The position numbers and the translations under genes were made by a program. Below the pieces are notes generated by a model. That model saw nothing but the letters and a program-made list of their open reading frames with translations, searched no databases and was not told the origin of the DNA. This document shows positions 27,860-43,052 of a stretch of 64,000 nt of DNA, piece after piece. Source of the stretch: Macrostomum lignano (Eukaryota); contig NIVC01003934.1 of the NCBI GenBank assembly GCA_002269645.1, forward strand, positions 4,920 to 68,919, given 5' to 3'. Position 1 is the first letter of the stretch. Each line of letters begins with the position of its first letter.

Positions 27860-28589
27860 CCCGCTAACTCTAGAAACCTCTAGCTTAGCACACCCGCGTG
27901 AGCGCTAGTCCCGCAATAGCGGCCAGTTCAGTCATAAATCAAGTCCAGAAGAAGTTCTCTTCACCAATTTGGTCTCTCAAAAAATCATCGCTAATTTCCT
28001 GTCCGCTGCACCTACTGTAAAAGAGAACCCCACTGGCCGGGGGCAATACAAATTGACTGCAAATTGTGTACAAAGGTGAGAATCAAAGCAATTATAGGCA
28101 CAGATGGATCTCACTGTAGGAATTCCCAAAGTGTCCACTAAAGGCCTCTTCGCTCTCGGATCCCACCACAGGCCACAATGGCAAGGCAGTCAGCCAGCAA
28201 TTCAATTGAATGAATTTGGGTCTGCATGGCTGCACCGAGAAAACAAGAGGCCTCATTGGACGGACCAGCGGTCGTCACACCTCTGCCCACCGGCAGTAAT
28301 CTCTTCTGTCCTCTTCATCTTGCCAGTCTGAGTGAGCTTTTCAACCCCGACTTAAAAGGCCACTTAAAGAAAAAGTTCATTTCTTTTGTCACAATCTCTC
28401 CTCATATTGCTGAGCTCAAGCTACTAATATTTAGCTTCAATCAGGTGCTTTCTGTGCGCTTATTTAAGAATCCTTAAGTTGCCGTGAGGTGGTCCTTGAA
28501 CTGCGACAATGAACTCAAGAATTCTGATGGACACTGCAATAGCCTAAGTCTAATAGTGGTATCTCTGCTTTTTGTGTTAGCTCAGCAAC

Positions 28590-29310
28590 TTGTCCAAACT
28601 GAAGACATCTTGTCCAAGTTGAAGACATCTTGTCCAAATTGAAGACATCTTGTCCGAACTAAAGACACCCTGTCCAAACTAAAGACACCCTGTCTAAACT
28701 AAAGACACCCTGTCCAAACTAAAGACATTGTGTCCAAACTAAAGACATCTTGTCCGAACTAAAAACATCTTGTCCAAACTAAAGACACCCTGTCCAAACT
28801 AAAGACACCCTGTCCAAACTAAAGACACCCTGTCCAAACTAAAGACACCCTGTCCAAACTAAAGACATCTTGTCCAAACTAAAGACATCTTGTCCAAACT
28901 AAAGACATCTTGTCCAAACTAAAGACATCTTGTCCAAACTAAAAACATCTTGTCCAAACTAAAGACACCCTGTCCAAACTAAAGACACCCTTTCCAAACT
29001 AAAGACACCCTGTCCAAACTAAAGACACCCTGTCCAAACTAAAGACACCCTGTCCAAACTAAAGACATCTTGTCCAAACTAAAGACATATTGTCCAAACT
29101 AAAGACACCCTGTCCAAACTAAAGACACCCTGTCCAAACTAAAGACATCTTGTCCAAACTAAAGACATCTTGTCCAAACTAAAGACATCTTGTCCAAACT
29201 AAAGACATCTTGTCCAAACTAAAGACACCTTGTCCAAACTAAAGACACCTTGTCCAATCTAAAGACATCTTGTCCAAACTAAAGACATCGTGTCCAAACT
29301 AAAGACATCA
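28590..29310. repeat. 20-bp minisatellite tgtccaaactaaagaca(tct/ccc), ~35 copies
   Basis: Direct reading. Confidence 0.95.
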
Positions 29311-30049
29311 AATTAAGGACATCAGTACAAAAATGATTCAAGTAAAAGGGCAAATACCTGTGCATCACTGCAGCATTGCCATTTTCAATCAGTCGTTTCA
29401 AAACAGATTCTGACAATTTGATAGAGTTAGTTTATTACTGGTCAAGAATTGCTGCATCAAACTAACGCAGATGACAAGTTAGAAAGGGCGACGACAAGCT
29501 GCAATTGCTAGAAACGAACCGCCCGGGCCCGAAAGAACAGAGGGACAGAGAAATAGAGAGCCTCAGCAGATGCGCAGATGGTCCAAACTTCTTCGCGTGC
29601 TGAAAGCATTTTAGTTTAGGTTTAAACAAACAGGAAGTCGGATTTTAAACTAGCAGACTTTGTGCCAAAACGGACGCAAGAGAAGGTTAAAGGTCTGCTG
29701 ATGTCAGAGAATACGTATGCAATTGCCGATTGCTACGATGATAAAAAGTCTAAATTTCTATTACACATTTCGATGGCTATAATTTGGATTATAAAAGTAG
29801 CACCCAATATTGCATATAATAGCTATTTACACTTATTATTCATAAACATTCATTGCAATCTTAAATATTCAAGTAAGATAACTTAAAAAAGTCATAATAA
29901 ATGGTCATAACAGTCTTAAACAGCCATAAGGGGCATGGCAATCATAACAGTCAATATCAATAATAACATTCATAATAATCATAAGCAGTCATACCAATCA
30001 CAACAGTCATCTATTGTGATAATAGTCATAACAGTCAAAAATATACTCA

Positions 30050-30645
30050 AAACAATCAAACAGTCATAGCAGTCATCAACAGTCATAACAATCATAAACA
30101 GTCATAACAACCATAAACAGTCATAACAACCATAAACAGTCATAACAACCATAAACAGTCATAGCAGTCATAAACAGTCATAACAATCATAAACAGTCAT
30201 AACAACCATAAACAGTCATAACAACCATAAACAGTCATAGCAGTCATAAACAGTCATAACAACCATAAACAGTCATAACAACCATAAACAGTCATAGCAG
30301 TCATAAACAGTCATAACAATCATAAACAGTCATAGCAGTCATAAACAGTCATAACAATCACAAACAGTCATTACAATCACAAACAGTCATTACAATCACA
30401 AACAGTCATTACAATCACAAACAGTCATTACAATCTCAAACAGTCATTACAATCACAAACAGTCATTACAATCACAAACAGTCATTACAATCACAAACAG
30501 TCATTGCAATCACAAACAGTCATTACTATCACAGTCATTACAATCACAAACAGTCATAACAATCACAAACAGTGATAACTATCACAAACAGTCATAACAA
30601 TCACAAACAGTCATAACAATCACTCGTAGCAACCATAACAGTCCT
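30050..30645. repeat. 19-bp minisatellite aacagtcataacaa(t/c)cata
   Basis: Direct reading. Confidence 0.92.
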
Positions 30646-30678
30646 AACACTCAGCAGTCACTCCAGCTGTCACTGCAG

Positions 30679-30919
30679 AAATGCTATCATATCCCGTGAC
30701 GTATTACTATAGTAATGCCCCTACAAGCCATAAAACTAAGCAGACAGTGCAAAGAAGACCTGTTCCCAAATTTCCGCACAGAGTTCGAAGCCGAAGCGGT
30801 CACGATGCCGCTTCAAGGTCAGTCGGCAACTGCGGTACCAAATTCGTCTGGAACTGTTGGAAAGCATCATCCAGGAGGTGGCGGCACACTGGCGGAAGCT
30901 ATGCCGCTCATGACTGAGG
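30679..30919 (+). CDS. Probable protocadherin cytoplasmic exon; 5' frame unresolved
   Basis: Acceptor cactgcag| at 30678; MPLQAIK...AEAMPLMTE|GTGAGC donor. No single frame is open across the whole exon. Confidence 0.5.
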
Positions 30920-30951
30920 TGAGCTTTCCATCTGAGTAGCCACAGTAGTAG

Positions 30952-31690
30952 GGGAGACAGGGGAGATGAGACAGGGGAGAGAGGGGAGAGGAGACAGGGG
31001 AGATGAGACAGGGGAGAGGAGACAAGGGAGAGGAGACAGGGGAGAGGAGACAGGGGAGATGAGACAGGGGAGAGGAGACATGGGAGAGGAGACAGGGGAG
31101 AGGAGACAAGGGAGAGGAGACAGGGGAGAGGAGACAGGGGACAGGAGACAGGGGAGATGAGACAGGGGAGATGAGACAGGGGAGATGAGACAGGGGAGAT
31201 GAGACATGGGAGAGGAGACAGGGGAGAGGAGACAAGGGAGATAAGACAGGGGAGAGAGGGGAGAGGAGACGGGAGATAAGGGAGAGGAGACAGGGGAGAG
31301 AGGGGAGAGGAGACGGGAGATAAGGGAGAGGAGACAGGGGAGAGAGGGGAGATGAGACAGGGGAAATGAGACAGGGGAGACAGGGGAGAGAAGACAGGGG
31401 AGAGGAGACAGGGGAGAGGAGACAGGGGAGATGAGACAGGGGAGAGAGGGGAGAGGAGACGGGAGATAAGGGAGAGGAGACAGGGGAGAGAGGGGAGATG
31501 AGACAGGGGAAATGAGACAGGGGAGATGAGACAGGGGAGACAGGGGAGAGAAGACAGGGGAGAGGAGACAGGGGAGAGGAGACAGGGGAGATGAGACAGG
31601 GGAGAGAGGGGAGAGGAGACGGGAGAGAAGGGAGAGGAGACAGGGGAGAGAGGGGAGAGGAGACAGGGGAGAAAGAGGAGAGGAGACACT
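30952..31690. repeat. Purine-rich 13-bp-based minisatellite (ggagaggagacag)
   Basis: Direct reading. Confidence 0.92.
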
Positions 31691-33047
31691 CTTGACAGAG
31701 ATATCCGAGCGGGGAGATTTACTGACGGAAATTGGAGAAGCCGGGGACACGGTCATCCATCCATAACCTGGTGATCAACCCTTCTCTCACAAGAAGTTAG
31801 GAAATGCACAAGCTTGGGTTTTAGCACTGCACACCCCCCCCCCCTCGCCTCAGTTGATAGGGTCCGCTACAGGCCGCCAAGGGATCCAAGACAAACAAAC
31901 GCGAGATTTGGTAGAAGCAGAGGTAGAACGCAGATTGATCTCATATAGTCCGGAGCATGTAAGAATCAACATTATATACTGACATACTGCGATTGCGCTT
32001 CTTGAGTAAACACCGGAATAACAAGGATTGCTTAGTTTCAGCGCTGGTGAGTGGTGGTGGGTGTCGGTTTGTAGTATAGCAAGAATGACACTATGTAAGC
32101 ATCATCTATACCAGACATGTGAGCACATGCGGCTGCTTGTATAATCAGTGGCAGATTGCTTTGCTGCTGTGGATGAAGAGAGCAACCGCTTGAACTAGTA
32201 TTCGACTGCTTGGCATCTGGGTTTGTTTTTTGTTGGTGAAAATCGACATTTGATCATGTTTGAGCTGCCCATCGGTATCTGGACTGCATCCCACATAGAT
32301 GGGGATTTGAGAAGAATTTTATCTTCAGGGGGAAGAGAGTTCGAAATAAGGAGAGGGGGAGAGAGGTAGAGGAATGGAGAGATGGAAAAAGAGGAGAGAG
32401 AGGGAGAGAAGATGAAAGAGAGGGAGAAAAGATGGGAGAGAATGAGAGAGGATGGGAGAGAAGGAGAGAGGATGGTAGAGAAGGAGAGAGGTTGGGAGAG
32501 GAGAGAGGAAGGAGAGAATGAGAGAGGGTGGGAGAGGGTGGGAGATTGATAGCATTGACTAGCTCGTTTTTCAGCTTGAAATTGAAGTTGAAACATAAAA
32601 AATCCAACTTAAACAAATCGTGACTCATTTCAAAGCTTTAAATAAAATCTCAATAAATAAGGAAATGTTTAGTTACAAAATGAGACCAGTGCCTCGGCGT
32701 CCAGGGCATTTCAGCACGCCGGTATTTTACGAGTGTAGTACACTGATTCGAATTTCATTTTAAAAGTCAAGTGGTTTAGTCATGTATTGTGATTTAATTT
32801 ATTGCAGTTGATACATAAAATCGAGCGTATCTTGTTTCACCCTTAGGTGCCTTGAATTTTGAATTAGTAATGAAGTTCAGAAATTCAATATGCCAAAATA
32901 TTGTGTGCTTTGTTTAGTTAATTAGAATACAAGGGCTGGCGTTTCTGGGTTCTTTGGGTGTCTTATGAGCTGCACCTGCTTGAGAGTGACCTTGCTGCGA
33001 AGATATCTCAATTTTCATGTTGTTTCTTTTGTTTCCAAATTTGTCGA

Positions 33048-33530
33048 GTAGAGAGAGACAAGAGACAGTAGAGAGAGAAGGGAGACACTGTAGAGAGAAG
33101 AGACACACCGTAGAGAGAGAAGGGAGACACAGTAGAGAGAGAAGGGAGACACAGTAGAGAGAAGGGAGACACAGTAGAGAGAAGGGAGACACAGTCGAGA
33201 GAGAAGGGAGACACAGTAGAGAGAAGGGAGACACAGTAGAGAGAGAAGGGAGACACAGTAGAGAGAGAAGGGAGACACAGTAGAGAGAGAAGGGACACAC
33301 CGTAGAGAGAGAAGGGAGACACAGTAGAGAGAGAAGGGAGACACAGTAGAGAGAGAAGGGAGACACAGTAGAGAGAAGGGAGACACAGTAGAGAGAGAAG
33401 GGAGACACAGTAGAGAGAAGGGAGACACAGTAGAGAGAGAAGGGAGACACAGTAGAGAGAAGGGAGACACAGTAGAGAGAGAAGGGAGACACAGTAGAGA
33501 GAAGGGAGACACAGTAGACACAGAGAGACA
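33048..33530. repeat. 20/22-bp minisatellite agagagaagggagacacagt
   Basis: Direct reading. Confidence 0.93.
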
Positions 33531-33984
33531 GGGAGTTTGCACTTTTAATCTCGCACATGTAATTTAAAATTTCGACACTGGTAGAGCTGTGCAGAGCGCA
33601 GTAAACACAGTAAATGCTTCCACAGGTCCCAGATGAGATGTGCCGCCTCAAGCAGTGTTTTATTGTCACTAGCTAAAGTTCCTTCCATTGTCTCTAGGAA
33701 AACAGCAATGCTTCTGTTTTATGACATACGATTGCTTTCTGAATTCTCAAAGGAAGGAATGAAAGACAAAAAAGCAGAGGAACCCGTGCCGCTGCATCGG
33801 ATGCAGAGAGGCTGTTGAGGATACTGAAGTGGCGGTGAATGTCAAAGACAAGGGCTGGGGTTGGAATGATGCAAATTTACTGAAATACTCGTATATATGA
33901 AGCAGACTGATATACAAAATATCCTATGCATAGATTATTTACATGCTTTGCTAGATAAATTTTAGACTGTCTACTTGTCTAATA

Positions 33985-34510
33985 GAGTAGAAGGAGGAAG
34001 AGAGTGAGAAAGGAGAGAATGGAGAGAGGAGAGAGAAGAGAAAGGAGAGGCGAGAGAGGAGACAGGGGAGAGAGTGAGAGAGGGGAGAGGGGAGAGGGGA
34101 GAGGGGAGAGAGAGTGAGAAAGGAGAGAAGGGAGAGAGGAGAGAGAAGAGAAAGGAGAGGCGAGAAAGGAGAGATGGGAGACATTAAATAAGACGGGAGG
34201 AGAGAGGGGAGAGAGTGAGAGAAGCAAGAGGGGAGAGACTGAGAAGAGAGGGGAGACATTGAATGAGACGGGAGGAGAGAGGGAGACATTGAGTGAGATG
34301 GGAGGAGAGAGGGAGACATTGGATGGGACGGGAGGAGAGAGGGGAGACATTAAATAAGACGGGAGGAGAGAGGGGAGACATTAAATAAGACGGGAGGAGA
34401 GAGGGGAGACATTAAATAAGACGGGAGGAGAGAGGGGAGACATTAAATAAGACGGGAGGAGAGAGGGGACACATTAAATGGGACGGGAGGAGAGGGGGGA
34501 GAGGAGAGAA
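33985..34510. repeat. Purine-rich tract with a 30-bp unit (gacattaaataagacgggaggagagagggga)
   Basis: Direct reading. Confidence 0.88.
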
Positions 34511-35227
34511 GGGGGAGTGTGAGATTATATCGAGAGTGCTCGTACAAGCAAATAGTCATCGAGGGGGTAAAAGGAAGTAAAGACAGAGACTGTTGGGCGG
34601 ACAGTGCAAGAAGACAGGCTGTGCTTTATTTTAGGTAAATTATTACTAATTTTACAGTAGACTCAACCATGTTTTCATTCCCAATAGCAGTTATGAAATA
34701 TTAACAATGATAAAATTTCAGCAGTATTTCCGCCGCTAATCAAGATTTCCCCTGTATACAGGTAAATGCATGCAACTGAAGGCCGCTCTACAAAGGCTGT
34801 TTACCATTACCTGAGCGGTTGCTTAATGAGCGGAAAAGATCAGAGAGAGAGAGAGGGAGACCAGTCAAAGTCAAAGAAAGGAAGCTCGCAAAGGACACAG
34901 GGCTGATGGCTCAATTTGGCATGCAGATTAGGGATGGGTTGCTGTAATAAGTCGGCCATTTTTGAGTCCATTGATTGATCACCCACTGTCGTCCAGCTGC
35001 ATGCAAGACTATGAGACTGTGTTAGCCGCTGCCAGCCTCCAGCATCATTGGTATCAGTAGCGAATGGCTCTGAGCCTCTCGTGGCGCCACCTGCCGACAG
35101 TTTGGAGTAGCTGACAGGGGGAAGGAATTGGCATTGGCAGGGGAGAGTTCTGTTCTGTTGGGGCGGGCTGGGGTCTGAGGCTTCTCAGCGACAGAACGAC
35201 GCCAGTGAGACCGCCTCTCCAGGGCGG

Positions 35228-35467
<240 letters not shown>

Positions 35468-35742
35468 ACGAGATTCATATATCTAATGAAACACAGAAAA
35501 CTCACACATTTCAGATTGTCAATTGTAAATCACCTTGATTTCATCAATGCAATCTCAACTCTTACAGGGCAAAACTGTGGCTTAGGAAAACGCAAAGGCT
35601 GGCATGCATACAATATAAGAGTCGCTATCAGCCGCATCAAAATCTGATCAGAGCAAGATCTACATAAGAGCATCAGGCAGTAAACAAGCAGACTTGCAGG
35701 CGCCGTAACTGTCTCTGTGTCCGTTGCCGTCCCTGCCTGCAG

Positions 35743-35880
35743 TGCGTGCCAAGCAGTGGCACAGCTGGGCTACTGGACCTGCAGCCGCCCCCCCCCCACC
35801 CGCAAATCCACGGGTTTGCTGCCGCAGCGGCCCGTACCTGTTACGATAGCAGTCTCCCGATGAACTTTTCATCGTATCGT
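35743..35880 (+). CDS. Probable protocadherin cytoplasmic exon
   Basis: Acceptor cctgcag|TGC in phase 0; CVPSSGTAGLLDLQPPPPHPQIHG...; donor position uncertain. Confidence 0.45.
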
Positions 35881-35998
35881 TTAGAAGTTGTAAAAAATCT
35901 TAGGGCTCAAGTAACAGAGGATGCCATGCGAACTGCTTTCGTACAGATTGCAGAGCGGATCCGTGCTGAGTAACAGATGAGTGCGGGACAACTGAGGG

Positions 35999-36450
<452 letters not shown>

Positions 36451-37109
36451 GGCAGACACCCAGCTGAGTAGGCAAAGCAGGCAGTGACCAGTCGGAGTAG
36501 GCAATTCCCAACGCAACTTGCGTCGCAATCAGAATTATAATAATAAAGTAATAAAAACTGCAGTAAATGATAAAATGACGAACGGCAAAGGGAAGCCGAG
36601 CTAGACAGAAGTGACTCAGTAGCATAGAGCTGAGTCGGCACTCAATCTCTTCTAATTAATTTGGCGAAAGCGGATCACAGAGGGACCGGCGCACACGCAG
36701 AGTCCGCTGCCTGCTACAATAAAAGGAAATCCGAAGCCGTCAGCAATTGCTTTTCTCTTCTGTAACTCCTTCTTCTGTCGGCGCTGTATTAAGGAATTAA
36801 AGCCCCTTTTTGCCATATTTCTTCTTCTGCATCAGCTTGATTTCTTCTTTTGCGAATTAAGCAGCAGAGAAGGAAAGAAAGAGAAGTAGAGAAAAAGAAA
36901 GTTGAATTTGCTACAATTTGATTCGCATTTTATAACTTACCTTTTTTCTCCTTTTACCATTGCCTCTGCGCACCGCTTCCCGCCGGGCCCGGTGGAATAT
37001 TGCTTCTTTAATTCTTAGGCCAACGCTTGAGGTTCAAAAGGATTCAACTCGTTTTGTAGAGATCGATTAGGAATCTGGGACGAGAGACAGAGGATTTAGA
37101 AGTGAGATT

Positions 37110-37575
37110 GAGGATCTAAAAGTGAAATTTTGGAATCTAGGAGTGACATTTGAAATCTAGGAGTGACATTTGAAATCTAGGAGTGACATTTGAAATCTAG
37201 GAGTGAAATTTTGGAATCTAGGAGTGACATTGGAAATCTAAGAGTGACATTTGGAATCTAAGAGTGACATTTGGAATCTAAGAGTGACATTTGGAATCTA
37301 ATAGTGACATTTGGAATCTAAGAGCGACATTGGCAATCTAAGAGTGACATTGGGAATCTAGGAGTGACATTGGAATCTAAAAGCGACATTGGCAATCTAA
37401 GAGTGACATTGGGAATCTAGGAGTGACATTGGGAATCTAGGAGTGACATTGGGAATCTAGGAGTGACATTGGGAATCTAGGAGTGACATTGGGAATCTAG
37501 GAGTGACATTGGGAATCTAGGAGTGACATTGGGAATCTAGAAGTGACATTGGGAATATAGGAGTGACATCAGGGA
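37110..37575. repeat. 20-bp minisatellite gagtgacattgggaatctag
   Basis: Direct reading. Confidence 0.94.
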
Positions 37576-37613
37576 TCTGGGAGCATGTTCTGACACTCAG
37601 AGTATTTTGGCAG

Positions 37614-38209
37614 CCACCCAAAACCGCCCCAAACCACCCCACAAGCAGGAGCTGCTGTACTCCAACAGTCACCGTCGAGATCCGCAGCGCTGCTGCACAG
37701 CCGGCTCATCTGAAGACGACCCAGACGGCATTGAAACCACCACCGCCGCCGCGACTGATCGAACGCTGAACTCCTCCAGGCATCGGCGCTACGAAGTGTG
37801 GTGCAACGCCGACCAGCTGACTGGCGGCACCCTGACGTCGAGACCGTCGCTGACTCTGCAACGCCAGCAGCAACAGCAGCAGCAGCCTCCTGGCAGTGCC
37901 GGCCTGGGCCCCAGGAAGATGACCATCGCGCAGCGAGCGAACAGCTGCGACGAGCTGGATTGCTGTCTGGACAACAGCAACAGCAACAGCGGCGGATGCG
38001 GATACCAGACTATCGATCCGTTTGCTGAGCTCAGGAACCGGCAGAATCTGCAGCAGGCTCCACCGATGCTACAGCAGCAGCAGCAGCATCCCGGACAGCT
38101 GAACTACCAAAGACTTCAACAGGGTGGCACCGTTGTGAACAATTCTGATCAACTCTACAGTCCAAAGAAGTCCTTGAAAAGTACCTATTTTGAGACAAGC
38201 TTTGTGTAA
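37614..38209 (+). CDS. Protocadherin terminal exon, Gln-rich, ending ETSFV (class I PDZ ligand)
   Basis: Acceptor ttttggcag|; open frame to TAA at 38207-38209; GC-rich coding-like composition. Confidence 0.7.
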
Positions 38210-38394
38210 TAAAAGGTTAATGGCGATATATTATACCGCTGACTGTATCAATCAGTTCCCTAAAAGAACTTGTCCCTAAAAAGCCAAAATTTCAGTTGAC
38301 CCCTTACGCCCGAGATCTCTAGGCTCTTGACTGAGTATGAGTCTATGATCAAAACCCTGATGAATTGAGAAATTCTGTATCTCTTGCTTTGGAG

Positions 38395-38790
38395 GGGAAA
38401 GAGAGAGAGGAGGGTAAAGAGAAAGGCATGGAGGGTAAAGAGGGAGGCGTGGAGGGTAAAGAGGGAGGCATGGAGGGTAAAGAGAAAAGCATGGAGGATA
38501 AAGAGGGAGGCGTGGAGGGTAAACAGGGAGGCATGGAGGGTAAAGAGGAAGGCATGGAGGGTAAAGAGGAAGGCATGGAGGGTAAAGAGGAAGGCGTGGA
38601 GGGTAAAGAGGGAGGCGTGGAGGGTAAAGAGGGAGGCATGGAGGGTAAAGAGGAAGGCATGGAGGGTAAAGAGGAAGGCATGGAGGGCGAAGCGGGAAAG
38701 AATTAAGGTAAAAAGAGATGCATAAAGGGTAAAAAGGGAGGCATGGAGGGTAAAGAAGGAGAGAAGGAGGGTAAAGATGGAGGCATGGAA
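38395..38790. repeat. 21-bp minisatellite ggcatggagggtaaagagga(a/g); related tract at 39785-39960
   Basis: Direct reading. Confidence 0.9.
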
Positions 38791-40384
38791 GGTGAAGCCG
38801 ATCAAATGAAGAATCCTCACTCTCCATTCTGTGGAATCCCCACTGACACTGAACTGCTCTCGGCCATAGACTATATAAAACCAATCAAGAGGGAGATTCC
38901 ATTAAAAATCAGCAAATGTTGCAGAAATGAAAATCAATAATTCGAGAAATTCAACTAAAATCAGAGAGCACAGTCGGCTTGTAATTACTTGGCATTTGAA
39001 CTACATGTATCCGTACGAGCTATGTATTAACCACCTTAGATCAAACTGGTCTAAAAGAAGTTTCAAAAGTTCAACAAAGAAACGTTCCACATTTCTGTTT
39101 AAACAGCATGTTCCTGACATCGAGACGGGATAATTTAAACTGTGATTTTTCTTGCAATATTTTTTTTCAACGCTTTAAGCTTTGACATATTTTTATTGAG
39201 CTCTAAAACGATCGTTGTAAATTGATTATTGATTTATGGCGCCAACAAAGATTTCGCTTTCACTGTTGTCTTGTCACAAAATGGCTTCATACGAGATTGT
39301 CGAGGTGCAAAAGGCATAAAAATTAAAGTTCATTTAAACTTTCCTATTCAAGATCCCGATACATTTGCTACAGCATAATTTTTAAGTATTCAAGTTGTAA
39401 CATATCTTAATCTTCTTAGTCTAACATAATTATAGCTTGTATGAAAGCCTAAACATGTACGAGTAATAATGTAACTTTTTTGTAAGCCCAGTTCTTGTAA
39501 TTATCGCTTAATGTACTTTACCTTCCTCGAACTGTAATATATCAACATATATATAATAATTACTACAATATGAATTATATTGCTTCTTATACGTAAAAAG
39601 CGAAAAGCACCATCTGGTGAACAGATTTCGTCGAACATTTTAAAATCTAACTATTTCTTTGAATTCAATTATAAAATATGCATGGTTTTATAATAAGGTA
39701 GCTTGTTAATATAAGGGTAAGATTGAAAACTCTGTTTTTCTGATAGACCCGAGTAGGCTGAGGGTTATAGTACTTGGAAAAAAAGCGCAAGGAGGGTAAA
39801 GAGGGAAAGAAAGAAGGTAAAGAATGAAAGGAGGGTAAAGAGGGAGGCATGGAGGGTAAAGAGGGAAAGAAGGAGGGTAAAGAGGGAAAGAAGGGGGAAA
39901 AGGAAGCTTATAAGGTAGAAAGAGAAATAAGGCGGTAAAGAGGGTCAGATATTGAGGGTAAAGATTGCTAACAAGCGCACTGCAGAGCAAGCAGAGTATC
40001 ATGATACTGGGAGACTACAAATTTACAGGAAAGATTGACGCAAAATATTGACAGTCTTGTACAAAGCAAAATGCAGGGATGTTTTAAGAACATATAGGCA
40101 ATTATGTCCGATAGCTGAGCGGAGTCTACTAAAAACTTCAAGAAATCAATATGCTGTCTCACTTTCAGTTTGAGGAGTTCCCGTTGTAGAGGCTTGTATG
40201 TATATCAATATACGAGTATATTGCTAGATACCAGTATCTAAATAATTACATACTTGTACGAGTAGAGCTGTTACATGTATAAGTGATGAAGTAATGAAGT
40301 GATGAATTGGGCTTGGAAGGAGGACATGTCCCTCAGTAAAAGCTATGGGGACATGCTTTGTCCCACCCACCCCACCTTGTGACC

Positions 40385-41030
40385 CGTTATGAAAATCAAT
40401 AATTTTGCTTCATGGCGACAAAATAGTGCCTGCGGCGCTACGCTAAAATAGGTGCCTGCGGCGCTATAATGAGTGTCTGCGGCGCCAAAATGAGTGTCTG
40501 CGGCGCCAAAATGAGTGCTTACTGTGGCGCCAAAATGAGTGCCTGCTATGGCGCTAAAATGAGTGCCTGCGGCGCTAAAATGAGTTCCAGCGGCGCTAAA
40601 ATGAGTTCCAGCGGCGCTAAAATGAGTGCCTGCGGCGCTAAAATAAGTGCCTGTGGCGCCAAAATGAGTGCCTGCGGCGCTATAATAAGTGCCTGTGGCG
40701 CTAAAATGAGTGCCTGCTGCGCCAAAATGAGCTCCAGCGGCGCTAAAATGAGTGCCCGTGGCGCCAAAATGAGTGCCCGCGGTGTCATGCAAAATGAGTG
40801 TCTGCGGCGCCAAAATGAGTGCCTGCTGTGGCGACAATGAGTGCTTGCTGTGGCGCCAAAATGAGTGCCTGATGTGTGGCGCCAAAATGAGTGCTTGCTG
40901 TGGCGCCAAAATGAGTGCCTGCTGTGTGGCGCCAAAATGAGTGCCTGCTGTGGCGCCAAAATGAGTGCTTGCTGTGGCGCCAAAATGAGTGCCTGCTGTC
41001 GCGCCAAAATGAGTGCCTGCGGCGCCAAAA
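40385..41030. repeat. ~20-25-bp minisatellite gcgccaaaatgagtgcctgc
   Basis: Direct reading. Confidence 0.92.
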
Positions 41031-41559
41031 TGCAGGCACAATTTGATCATGAAAATAAAATTACACTCAAAGCAGACCTTGGCTGGCTCTCTATAAATGC
41101 AGTATTTCTCTCCAAATGTAAGCTACATTACAGAATTGAGCTGCTCATGCGGCCATCAATTCTTCCCATTATGATATATCAAGTGCCATTAATTTAAGGG
41201 CATATATAACCATATACCCTTAATACCACTCGGATCGTTTGGATCGCGCTAGGGCGAGGCTGTGTAGCCATGAATTCGGGATTAATCTCCCAACATCATT
41301 TATCAGCATTATTTAGCTATGGCCAACTACTGCATGTAACCTTTCAGACAAATATCGGCCTAAGACCAGAAATCTATAGTTTGTTACACAAAATAGCCGT
41401 AATGATTATTTGACGTTAGAAGGTAACATAAGGTGCGCCATTATTTAAAGAGATACATATATCGAAGTTGAATATTTTTATTTTAATAGCCACATGGATA
41501 AGTAATACAGCTCATGATTGCGGGCCAGATGCGAGGAAAAGATAGGGCATAAAGAAAAT

Positions 41560-42100
41560 GGGAGAGGCAAGAAAGTAGATAAGAAGATTAAAGTGATAAA
41601 AGGAGAGTAGAGAGGAGAGAAGAGAGGAGGGGAGAGAAAAGAGAAGAGGGGAAGAGAGAAGAGAGAAAATGAGAGAGAAGAGGAGAGGGAAGGGAGAGGA
41701 GAGGGAAGGGAGAGGAGAGGAGAGAGATGAGGAGGGGGAGGGAGGGAGAGGAGAGGAGAGAAAAGAGGGGGAGGGGAGAGGAGAGGAGAGAGAAGAATAG
41801 GAGGGGGAGAAAAGAGGAGAGAGAAGAGAGAGGTAGAGAGGGACGAGAGAGAAGAGAGGAGGGGAGAGACAGAGAACAGGAGAGAGAAGATGAAGGAGAG
41901 AGATGAGAGGAAAGGAAGAGAGGAGGGGGAGAGAGGAGAGGAAAGAAAAGAGAAGACGAGGGGAGGGGAGAAGAGGAGGGAGAGGAGAGGAGAGCTGACA
42001 AGAGACACAAGCCGTGAGCGGCCCGGATTGCTATTGTGCAGTTTCAAGGGACCCGATGGCCGGATAGAGAGGCTTCGCGGGCCGGAGTTTTTCGACCCCT
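41560..42100 (-). mobile_element. GA-rich tract ending in a hAT-like terminus (reverse complement caggggtcgaaaaactccggcccgcg)
   Basis: Matches 8190-8233; partner TIR not found. Confidence 0.45.
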
Positions 42101-42774
42101 GATTACCACACGCGTACAAAAATGAACACTTGCACATACGAAGTGGAGGACAATAATGTTTGATTTCAAATAAGTAATGGCAGCTATTTACATGTAATTA
42201 CTGACAGCTAAAAATAGCTAAGCTACTACATGTACATAACGGGCTCTACGATGTCTACCAGATTCCATTAACTTGTTGTAATTCATAACCTGGTGAAGCT
42301 CCGTTAGACACAACCCCTCCTGCTCCAACCAAAACACACACATAGGGGAGAATATGCAAGCACAGGGCAGCTTACTTCGGTCAGGACACTTCAATACAGA
42401 GCTGTCAAGTCAAGCGTATGATTGGAAGACCCGAACACAGCAGCAGCTCGAGATACAGAGCTGCTCAACGAAGCGTGAGCTCTCATGGATATGCGCATCG
42501 CCTTGTCCGCTAATAAATAACGATTGTCTGTCATGTCTTGCATCCGCGAAGTCCCTCAGGGTTTGGGAAACAAGCAAGCACAGCGCACATACACATGCAC
42601 GAGGCTACGATTACAACCTATCTAGAGCATTGGACGATTGGACGACTCAAGTAGGACGTATATTTCTTAGAAACTTTTGGTTTCGCCAGATTCATTGTGT
42701 TCCGATGATGCAAGCAAAGCTTTATTTGTGAAAATTTGATATTTCGATAACTATAACTAAAAAAGCAAAAATTA

Positions 42775-43052
42775 TAATTGATTATGCCTGCCCCAATTGG
42801 GCCAGATGTGCAACCGACAGCTCAGCCGAAGGATGCGCGTACGGCTGTTCAGTCCAAGGACTGGGGGGTCGCCACACACCCTCAATTACCCCCAGCTAAT
42901 GCTGGCACCCATTTTACAGCTGGGTGAACTGAAGCAATGCAGAGTTAAGTGTCTTGCTCAAGGACGCAAGTTGTTCCGAGTGAGATAGGGAATCGAGCCC
43001 CCTACCTATAAGTCGTGAGTCCGACGCTCTAACCACTAGGCTACAACCCCCC
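42775..43052 (-). mobile_element. tRNA-derived CORE-like SINE, copy 2
   Basis: Same A/B boxes and central domain as the 9596-9843 copy. Confidence 0.85.

Noticed and set aside
27900-28075. Extra protocadherin exon ending at caaag|gtgag
   Set aside because: One frame is open, but I could not find an acceptor whose phase joins it to both neighbouring exons.
38355-38375. Hammerhead-like CTGATGA...GAAA (also at 54445)
   Set aside because: No stem II or flanking stems can be formed.
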